Source of the DNA: Ruditapes philippinarum
Taxonomy: Eukaryota
DNA length: 64,000 nucleotides
Direction: 5' to 3'
NCBI RefSeq assembly: GCF_026571515.1
Contig: NW_026866023.1
Coordinates: 1 to 64,000, forward strand
Shown one piece after another: positions 26,401 to 36,753 of the stretch. A program made the translations under genes and the position numbers. The notes beneath the pieces were generated by a model that saw nothing but the letters and a program-made list of their open reading frames with translations, had not been told where the DNA came from and made no database searches. The first letter of the stretch is position 1. Each line of letters starts with the position of its first letter.

Positions 26401-26966
26401 ATTAGTGCCTAGCCTTTTCCGTTTTTTCTCTTGAATTTGTTAATTAATTTTATGTCAGATATTTTTATTTTATTATATTCTTTTAAATATCTTTTTTTAT
26501 TTCATTTGTCAAAATTTTACGAGAATTGTCAAAACTTTATGCCGGAATATTTAATTTGATTGACAATTTATTTTGGGCATTACGTATTTTAATTTTGCAT
26601 TCTTTTCTATATTAAGGCATGGCCACAAAGTGGAGCTAATTATAGTATCCCATTTGCTTCGTAATTTATTATGATAGCATATGGTATTAAACATCCAAAA
26701 TCCTGATATGTCCTCAAATTGCAAAACTAATCATTAGGGTCAATATTAAATTAAAAGTACAGTATCTGCTGCAGAAAGTAACCAATATATCACCCGAAGA
26801 CATAATAAAGGTCAATTATATCATAGATAATTAAGATATATGTGTGAGTCATATAAGAAGGCATGTCAGTGTAATTAGTATGAGTAAATATTCTACTTTG
26901 CAAATGATGGATGCTAATTATGATAAAAGTAGTAAAGGTGATTCAGATGAAATAAATATTGGAAAA

Positions 26967-26979
26967 AATAAATAAATAA
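26967..26979 (-). promoter_or_regulatory. AU-rich element (overlapping AUUUA) in the putative cytokine 3' UTR
   Basis: Minus strand reads TTATTTATTTATT about 455 nt after the stop codon, with further ATTTA pentamers nearby. The AT-rich background weakens this. Confidence 0.4.
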
Positions 26980-27432
26980 TTACATTAAAATTATTATTTA
27001 AATGCCTTTGGACGGTATCATACCTTATTAAAACAATTCAATAAATTAAGTTTAAATAGAAATAAATATATATAAATTAAATTATATTGCACGTATATAT
27101 CACAGTCATTGTAAAATTGAAACAATTAGTCATTCATTTCATGATATAAACGCCCTCGCTTATACAAATTAAAACATCTGTAATTCAAAAGCTAGAACGT
27201 GAGTTGGGCGAGAATACAATAACGTTTTTCAAAACATGCATCAATAAAGTTGACGGTCGCAACACGACTAGTAACTATCTTTCGTATTGCCTATGCATGC
27301 GTCTATCTTTCTGGTTCTCACGCACACAGTGTAAAATCTGTCAAAAGTATATGATAAAATCACGTTTTTCCGCGAAATATTTGCGTATTTGCATTTAAAC
27401 CTGTACAATATATCGACAAAGGTATACAAGTT

Positions 27433-30073
27433 CTACATCACAGTGAACATTTGCTTTAAAAACCCCATAATGTCCTGACAATCATTCATAAGGTAATATG
27501 CCCTCTTTGTTTCGTTGTATTCTGCTTCTGCATGGGCTTTGAATCTAGGCGACACTAGTTCATCAGAAACAGTTAATTTTGCGGTATCATTTTGTCCTAT
27601 TAGTGCTATTTTGATGTCGCACATGATCTGGTATAGTTGATCTTCAAGAGCACGAAGCTTGCCTTTTAGTGTTTCCGGTCTATCGTGTTGCTTTCCTATT
27701 CTATCACTAGTTCTTGCATATTCTGTGTAACTTATAAGCTTCGACAGTAGTTTGTAGTGGTCTTTCAAAGCTAAACTAAACTGAAATATAAAAAAAAGCA
27801 GAGATAATAAGAAATACTTTTTCCTGTCTAGATGTGCGGTTTTCGTTAAAGGACCGCACACAGTATGTATAATGTAATTAATTTTCTCAAACAAATGAGC
27901 GATTTCTTTTATACATTGGATCAATTCAATGATGCAAAAGTAAGCGTGTTTGAAAAACAACAATTTTATGTAGCTATAAACATCAATGCATTTGCCCCTA
28001 GCAATTATTTTAAACATTAAATGCAGCAAAGGTGTGTTAAACGTAAAATGTTTATTTAAGGTTTGTCAAGTGATGCTGTAAGATGATTAACTCACTATCA
28101 AACTTTTCAGAATCATTATTTATCACCACTTTCAGTAACTTATATCAACCAAAAGATACACGCAATGCTCTTGTCAGTTTTTGTTGCTAATATAGTTAAT
28201 TAATTTCTTAAATACTTACATTTGTCGATGCTTTTGTTTTCTTTTTGTCAGTAACTGTAAATTCTTCTTTTGATATGAAGTTGAATGTTGGTAAATTTGT
28301 TTCTTGTATTTCCGTTTTTATCTAAAATCAAAAATAGCACATTTGAAATAAAGATATATATCAAGCAAATTTTATCAAATTTATGGATATAAAGTTAAGA
28401 GTTATCAAATACACGTACTTGCAGGTTTATGTTATATTTTAGGACTTATATAACCATAATGAACGTTATGAAAATTGATAGAATGAAAGAGAAGAAGTGT
28501 CAAAACACATGTTTGACGTTCTTTCATTGGTCTGGAAAACCCCGAAATGTTTTATAAGTTCTTTGATAATCTCATAACAAGGACGATACGCATAAATCAT
28601 TTTACTTCCCCTTTATGCAGTTAGACAAATCTGTTTTATTCTATTAACTTTTAATTATTTCCTAGTGAATAAATTAATCTTCACAACACAGCCAATGTTC
28701 TAAAAAAAGATCAGTTTTCAGTCGTGATTGATGCGACAGATAAGGAAAATGTAAAACTGCTACCGCATATTTTCCTTTACCGCAACTTAATTGTTATTAA
28801 ACATAGGTCGAAACGTTAAAAACCGCTTGAGTGACCACATAAACGGTGTAAGCGTTTAACGACAGTGATTCAGAATATGAATGGAATTCCACGGTATAGT
28901 AAACGACATGAATTGACGTGTTACGTTAACTTTTACGTGAATATACGTTATTGGTCATCGAGTCACTGTTACAGTATACATTGGTTTATCTACCTATGAA
29001 ATGACCAATCCTAATTAATGTATACGAACGATTTTGTTGCCTGATTTACATGAGAACAATACATGTAAAACAGATTTACACTTGTTATACAAATATGCTT
29101 CAAAAAGAGCTATTGCCCCCGTAGCAAATTATATATATAATTCTGCAGAAAAAAAATATTTACTGTATATAATTCACTTCCTAGCACGAACTTAAAGCAT
29201 TAAACCTTTTCCAAAGTCACGCCTTTTCTGCAGTGCCTCTCAACATTTAAATGCTCAGCTCTTTTAAGAAAAGTGTCCTCAGAAATTTCATACTTATAGT
29301 TCATTACATTTTGCTAATATTTATCATCATACTTTTCATCATTTAACTTAACTCTAACATTGACACTTTAACTCTGGCTATATCTTAAGCTTCAAAAATA
29401 AAAGATCCTTACAAAGTCTTTGATCCTTTTAGCAGTGTCATTGACACCTGTTGTTCGTTTGATAAGGTCATCCATCGTAACATCTTTTGGCTGAATCACA
29501 AATTTTCCTCCTTTATTAAGAACATTACATGGTTTTTCAGGTTGAAGTGATGCTTGCAAAATAGGATTTGCATTTGACATTGCTAACATAACAGTTAGAA
29601 ATAGTCCTGTTAATTGTCTACAAGTATAGATGTGACCTGAAAGAAAATTTATAAGAAAATTAAGTTTAAAAAGATCAAAATAATATAATAAAGATATAAT
29701 AATAATAATTTAGAATGAAAAATAACCATCGCTTCAGCTTATGAAAGAATATATAAATATATAAATCTTAATGCACTTTTGAATATATATGTATTCACAG
29801 AAATATTTAATTAATTATCATCATTATCAGTATCTAATTCAATATTTTATCATTGTCATAAAGTAATCATGTTTTTTTATCAATAAAACATTCATTTTCT
29901 TCTCTTAATTATTATGTTGCCTGTTCAATATGTATTTGAAAAGCAAATATTTATTATATTAAATGTTTAAATCGTAATGAAAATTGTAAATTATCTAAAT
30001 TGCTGAATATTTTTCTATGTATTTTATACTTACAAATTTTCTTAAATACTTTTGATGCTAAATTGTTTTTCAT
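27433..30073 (-). CDS. Secreted 237-aa putative long-chain four-helix cytokine, IL-6/Unpaired-like (exons 30073-30034, 29636-29413, 28321-28220, 27780-27433)
   Basis: Donors GTAAGT/GTAAGG/GTAAGT and pyrimidine-rich acceptors give an open 714-nt frame: MKNNLASKVFKKICHIYTCRQLTGLFLTVMLAMSNA|NPILQ...TMDDLIKRTTGVNDTAKRIKDFIKTEIQETNLPTFNFISKEEF...FSLALKDHYKLLSKLISYTEYARTSD...TLKGKLRALEDQLYQIMCDIKIAL...ETKRAYYLMNDCQDIMGFLKQMFTVM*. The gene model is well supported; the family assignment is inferred from helix pattern and intron phases. Confidence 0.75.
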
Positions 30074-30148
30074 ATTTTTGTCTAATTATCACAATGTTCT
30101 TTCTAGCTGACAAAATAATTTATTGTTTGAATCTCGCCATAATCTACC

Positions 30149-30427
30149 TTTTATATGAATCAATTGATGTCATTTAGTACATGAGAGATCTCCCCAATTA
30201 CAAAAATATCTAAAAATAGTATTTTATGAAACTTTCTTACCATCCTACTATGTATACATCCAGCGAGCACATGCTATAAAACCCGGAACAACACTCCGTG
30301 ACCCTCCCAGTGTTACGCTATTTGTTTTAAAAATCCGCGTCGCGTCTCACGGTATGTTTCACACGCTCTTCACAAATTACGTTAAACGTTAAATACTGGG
30401 CGGTAAAATTACTCGAAGGGAATTTTC
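30149..30427 (-). promoter_or_regulatory. Putative inducible promoter: TATA box (30149-30155), CRE/AP-1-like TGACATCA (30165-30172), kB-like GGGAGATCTC (30185-30194), kB site GGGAATTTTC (30418-30427)
   Basis: Motifs read directly from sequence; TATAAAA lies ~76 nt upstream of the ATG. Confidence 0.6.
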
Positions 30428-32169
30428 TGTTTACTCTATTATGACCAAGTATTCTCCATATTTAGCATTGTAAGCCAAAAAAAATCTGAAATTTATGCCT
30501 GGCTCTAGGTCTTCCTTTTAGCGATACGCCTTAAATTAAGCATGATTTTATGTTTAATGATGAAAATATTACTGCAATAATAGAAACCATATTAATTTGA
30601 TGTAACAGCTGTATGACAGTAATTAAACTATCACTACGTCACTCGACAACTTACAACATTGAGGGAGTGCAGATTCTGATATACTGACACGAACAATATT
30701 TTAAAAGTACAATGTATATATAAAAGTATTTTCTCTTTAACGTATCTCAGACGGTATGTTTAAACAGGAATGACATATATTCGAACTTTGAGACTATGGT
30801 TATTTCTTTTCCGCCCTGCTTTTTGATTAATAGTGTTTGTTAAAGACCTAAACGGGATGTTATTATTACCTGCGTTATTTTGAAGTATTTCGCTTGTGAG
30901 ACACTGTTTCTATGAATGTAATTAAACTATGTAGATTATGACACATTAACCTGTATCTAACTCATAAATTTATTTAGCCTAGTGAACTAGCTAGCACTTC
31001 TGGATCATTTGCAATCCAAATCAGACCATGCTTGTAAATGTTAATGATAATTGATAACAATGCATTCATACTGAATCATAATAATTGCTTCAACTTTTAC
31101 AACTTCAGCTTTTTCATATGTACAATTTTCTCATTTAACATGTGTAAGGTATTTTTCATTTTGTTGAGATAAATGAATCTGAAGAAAACGAAATACAAGA
31201 AATGTAATGATGTTTTGCTCAATATTTCAAGGTCGGGATGGTCAATGATCAAATAGCCAAAATTCTGTGGTTTCGCTACAAGGTAGGGTCAACCAATCAA
31301 CAGTTATTAGCAAATGGCTGACGTTTACACCTGTCATGTTTGATTGATAATCGAATGATGTTCATTTATAAGTATAGATATTTAGCGAACAGATTTATTT
31401 TAACAAATAGTGCACCTTTGTGATATTTCACCATTATTACTGAAATTACATATTGTTTGAGTAATACATTTGTTATTAATAGAATATTTGATAATGCATA
31501 ATGCTATTTTTGGTGACAATTACGCTTATAAATAATCATTATCACCGTTAATATCAAATACTTGATAAACGTTATAAAACATAGATATATTTCATAAACG
31601 TACAATAAGAAACAAAATTATAATATTGATATAAAAGTGGTTTTACAGAAAATTATGTTTGATAAACCACTAGAGTGACTGCTACCCTGACATAAGTATC
31701 TCCATGTTTAGCAATTTCATTTCATTGTGATTTATTTTACCAGAAAACAAACTGGGAATACTCCTAAAAATAAGCAATCGACAGGCTTAAATTTCTGTTG
31801 TTTTTGGTTGTTTTAGAAAGAATTTCTAACTAAAAGTTTTTAGGTAGGTACAAGACAGTCTTTAGCGAATGTGTTTAAGTTATTAGAGACAGTTATTACA
31901 ATAAATGGCATAAAATACATAGCCTGATTTCTATGGAGATGTGATCTAAATTTTTGTCTTTTCTTAACTTATTTATCGTTTTATATAAAGGAGCTTGAGG
32001 GTATGTCCCTACTGTGTTAAGGTATGCTGCAATGCTTATATTAGTGTTTACCCCTTTACAGTTGGACACTACGTTTTCCTCTTTTTCTGCTGTATTTTTG
32101 TATTCTCTACCTTCATTTAATAAATGGAATGGGTTTTCCGTGCCTTGACGGCATTCTACGTAACTTATC

Positions 32170-33145
32170 GGCACATCCGTTACCTCTCGCCCGTTTCCGT
32201 AAACAGATTTATTTTTATTTCTAAATTAATAAATTATTTCTTTTATTATTTTTATATCCAGTATAAATAGAATTTTAGTTTTTGGTAAAATGAAAATGAA
32301 ATTAACAAAAAGAATAAGTTGTTCATAAACGGATAATTCGTAAAAATTACGTTTCTGTGAAACCAGTTTGTGAAACCCCTGTAAATGACGTCACGATTTC
32401 AGAAAACAGAAAAGGCCTTTTTCTTTTTATACTTATTTCTGTGTTTAACTTATTTCACCTTTTGTAACCATAAAAGATGTTAGGGGACCCATTTTATTTA
32501 CACTGTTTGGTTGAACAGGAAGATGTTGGAGCTGGGTTAAGAGTGATGTTTCAAAATTCAAAATTGTACCAGTTCATGTTAAATGTTGAATTCTACTTAA
32601 GCCGGTGCTAGGGGCGTTGACGGTAGTTTGCACTTTACAGTACCGTCCATGAAACCGAGCCTGCAACATTTTCAATTTTGCCGAGTTGGACTTTCTTTAC
32701 GGATTCTTATTTTCTCTATTTTATCGCCACATCAGCGTTGTTTGTTCCGTGTAGCGGCTGTAAAAAGTCGCCCCGTACATTCAATCAGAGATGTTATATT
32801 TCCGATCCTTAAAGATCGTCCAGCACGACATTATTGTTGTGCTTGTGGTAATTTAGTTCTTTCTATTCAGCTATTTTCTTGTTGGATGGTTCCAGTATCC
32901 CTCACTTGAATACTGTTGAATCACCCTTAGGATATGTAGCCTGTTTTTTAAATATGTCATTTTGACGTCTTATCTGTGATATGCAGGTCTCATAACCTCT
33001 GAATCCCCTTTCAAAATAAATTCCATTTTATTAAGTTCCGCCCATTGTTTTCTCGTTTAGGCCACACGCATTTTTTAACTTTGGGGCCATATGCTGCTTT
33101 TTATGGCTTGACACTTACGTGTCACATTGAAGGTTCCATGATAAC
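32170..33145. repeat. Dispersed repeat or transposon relic; inverted related copy at ~62620-63330 and a fragment at ~59870-60000
   Basis: 32550-32690 and 33030-33145 are reverse complements of 62650-62810 and 62825-62950, e.g. gccggtgctaggggcgt / acgcccc(c)tagcacc. Confidence 0.75.
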
Positions 33146-33350
33146 CGCCGAGTGGTTAAGGTCGCTGACTTGAGATCACAGGTCCCTCACCGCTGTAGGT
33201 TCGATCCTCACTCGGGTCGAAATCTTTCATGTGAGGAAGCCATCCAGCTGGCTTACGGAAGGTCGGTGGTTCTACCTAGGTGCCCGCTCGTGCCTGAAAT
33301 AATGCCCGGAGGAGCACCTGGGGTCTTCCTCCACCAATAAAGCTGGAAAA
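33146..33350 (+). mobile_element. tRNA-derived SINE with conserved central domain (resembles the bivalve Meta-type SINEs)
   Basis: A-box gccgagtggttaagg, B-box ggttcgatcc, then core gtgaggaagccatccagctggcttacggaaggtcggtggttctac...gcacctggggtcttcctccacca. A 3' fragment of the same family sits at ~52845-52950. Confidence 0.8.
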
Positions 33351-34214
33351 AATCGACGAAAAATCTCGGCGGGACGCTCTAGGATGGCCCGACTTGAGTG
33401 TACGGTCGCCCATATGGGCTTTCCGGCGGCGACCTTAAATAAACGCATTAAAAAAAAATCTATTTTGATGCATTATTAACCAATTAAAGATCACCATTAG
33501 TGACTGTGCCTCTGACCGTTTCAATTTTTCTAAGATGTATGTTTTGTTGTTTTGTCGTGTTTTGCTTCAAAACATCTAGTCAGTTCTTCGCCCTTTTGCT
33601 CTCTCCACTCTTTTTTGTTTTCCTTTTTATTAAGTACATTTGTTTGTAATGAATTATTTTAATTATTTATTAAGTTATTTATTTATTTATTTCTGTGGGG
33701 TGCTTCATTGAATGTCGCGCTCTTCCTTGTTGGTCTTAGTTTTCATACTGTTAAAAAAACGACACCTTGTTGTTATTTGGTCACAGAAATATACTTTTTA
33801 CAATGAATTGCAATTGATATTTATCCGTAAAATAACACATATGTGAATTCTATTGAATTTTTCGATCTATAACACAAAGTTCCTTATCTTATGCGGTAAT
33901 CATTCAATTTCTTTTGTGAAATTACATAAATCAATATCAATTTTCTAAACAAAGATTATTTAATATATATCAGTATCTTAATAAATTAATTAATTACTAT
34001 AGAATAAATAATTATGATTTACGTTCTATAATTTGAGTCAATGGTTTGAGAATTAGGTTTTAAATCTTCAAAGTATTTCATGTTTATTGGTTGCACGTGT
34101 CGAAATGTCTCGTTATTGTGGCTATGTAAGATATAAATCATTGTTGTAGGAAAATTTATAGCTTCAATATGCATCGCATTCAACATTTCAAATGTTGCTT
34201 TCAGAAATGGTACC

Positions 34215-34457
34215 ATTTGAGCCGCGTCACGACAAAACCAACATAGTGCGTTTGCGACCAGCATGGATCCAGACCAGCCTGCGCATCCGCGCAGTCTGAT
34301 CAGGATCCATGCTGTTCGCTTACCAACTATATAACAAGTAGAGAAACCGATAGCGAACAGCATGGATCCTGATCAGACTGCGCGGATGCGCAGGCTGGTC
34401 TGGATCCATGCTGGTCGCAAACGCACTATGTTGGTTTTGTCGTGACACGGCTCATTT
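34215..34457. mobile_element. Palindromic MITE with ~105-bp near-perfect arms
   Basis: tgagccgcgtcacgacaaaaccaacatagtgcgtttgcgaccagcatggatcc...gttcgct is mirrored by agcgaac...gtcgtgacacggctca. Terminal fragments also occur at ~10810-10841 and ~13838-13870. Confidence 0.9.
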
Positions 34458-36753
34458 CATTATGCTAACGAGGAAACTTAGTGACCACGCTCTTGTCATT
34501 TGCTCAGATTATGGCCAGTTAGGTCAACATGTACATGTACCATCTTTCTTCATTTAGATAAAGATGACTCAGTATATCACAGTGTACATACACTATTTGT
34601 CTGTCTTGTGTGAAGATTTATTTATTCAAAATTAAGCTATGGGAAGAATTTTATTTTCGCCTACATCAGTGCATACCAACGATAAAACGTTTTTATTTCA
34701 GGATATCGTATAAAATCCTTACAACGTATTCTTAAATTGGTTAAGTTAGTTTTGGAAATTCGTATGAAAATCACTTATAAATTAAGAAGTGAAAGTGAAG
34801 GAAGGGGTATCCGAACAGATATTATATATATATTACTATATGTCTTGGATCTTGCTCATTTTAATTTACCCAAGTTGATATAATTTAATAAGCAGGATTT
34901 TACAATGGAAAAAGGTTTGAAACGTTCCCACTTTCTTTTCCGTTGAGATCGATGTAGATGTCTGTATTGATATTCTCTTTAATACATGTATATAATATTA
35001 ATTATAAGAAATAAAATTAAACAGTTCACAAATACCTAGAGTAAGGTCAGTAAATTCGTCACGAGTTCTGCAGATATCTTAGAATTTACAGCATGACAGT
35101 ACATATACATGTATTTATATTCAAATCTGCTTGTTTTGTGCCAAACTTATTCACTAAAAAGCAAGACGCCTTCAACAGTTGTACCATAATCCACATTTGT
35201 TACTATTGATGATAATAAGAGCTTTAAACTACATTATCTAAGCTTGCAAAACAAAACCATTTAAGTGCTATGTCAATGTCAAATAATATTTTAAAAACTA
35301 TGCTGAAAACTTATCTAGCTGTTAACTATAGTCTGCTTTTTTTTCTTTAAAGACACTTTATGCCTCAGAAAGGAATGAATTTTGACTGCATTAGAAAGTG
35401 CAAGCATGAATTTTTAAAGTTTAAATAATAGTTTTAGGCATGGTAGATGCTTATCACATTTGGAGATAAGCGCTGAATGAGAAATTGTTTGCAATAAAAG
35501 TAGCAAAATGTAAACAAAGAATAATTTGGATTTTCATACAAAATACTGAATCACTGTAACTGACTACTAACTGTAAACTAGGAATAAAAGATGGTTTTGG
35601 AAATTGGGCAAAAATGAGCTTTTAAAAATAATTACAGGGAAATGATAATTGAAAAATAATTAATTATTACCAAAAATAAAAACCTGTGAGAAATAAAAAC
35701 ATAAAAGCGTATCTGGGGCATAATAGGCCTGTAAGTTACTGTAAGAGGTTTTCGGTCAATCAAGCTTTATGAAACTGATTTTAAGGCTTTTTTATGTTCG
35801 TTGTTAAATTATCCATCAAAACAAAGTATATTTTTTGTTTTAACATTATTTATTTACATTAGGTTGTGAAGAAACTTTGTGTTCTATTTAAACCACTCTC
35901 AAGATCCCTTTCTGGATCTTACGGCTACTGGCGTCACATGCTGAAACATGGTCTTGGTCCAGATCCCTGGTTTTTAATGCTGCCACCATAACTACTGGGA
36001 CAACAATCCCTTAGAATAGTACGTTTTCATATCAAGTATGCTGGGGAAGTATTTGGTCGATTTTATGTTGATTTGCGCACCTCTGCGTTTTGTGGGATTT
36101 ATATAAAAGATTATATTGTTCAAAAATGTCTTGTGCTAGACTATAATTGTATTTTTGATAGTTTACATTTAATGATTGTTTTATTGCTAAGCACTTTTAA
36201 ACGTGATTGAAAGTAGAAAAGAGTGTTCATAAGTATGGGTAAATAATAGTAACAAATGTCACTTGTCAAAGTCTTAAATAAATATTGATTTTAATAATGA
36301 CAGATGTGTATTTAAACACATATTTCTAATATAGAAAGTAATACTAAACAAAGCGTTATATACGGAAGCTTAAAGCAACTTAAAATAGTTCATTGCTCGT
36401 GTCAGATTTCATTTCTGACTTTACTTTTGCTATCGCTTGTCACATGAATATAATATTTTTGTTTTACCTAAGGAGTGAAAATATGTCATGTTATAGAGTA
36501 ATAACTTTTCGTCAGACGTATAAACATCTTTTGTTCAGTTCATGTCCTCATGACATAAATTCCGTTAATAGTTACCACCTGTTCCGTATAACACTGTAAA
36601 TATTGTTAAACACACTTTATCACAACTATAATAAATATGTTTAATGTTTATATCTCCTTGAAATTTGAAATGTATGACAATATACTTCTTTAGCAACTAT
36701 TACAATATACTTCTATAGCAACAGACACGGAAATATCTACTGTCAATCTTTTT

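Noticed and set aside
29206-29292. Possible extra exon (YEISEDTFLKRAEHLNVERHCRKGVTLEK) in the cytokine-like gene
   Set aside because: Weak AAG acceptor with no pyrimidine tract and weak GTTTAA donor; the four-exon model is already in frame. Cannot be fully excluded without RNA-seq.
33146-33220. Functional tRNA gene
   Set aside because: It is the tRNA-derived head of a SINE, lacks a complete acceptor stem and runs into the SINE core.
34019-34363. 114-aa ORF
   Set aside because: Reads through a palindromic MITE; a typical spurious repeat-derived ORF.
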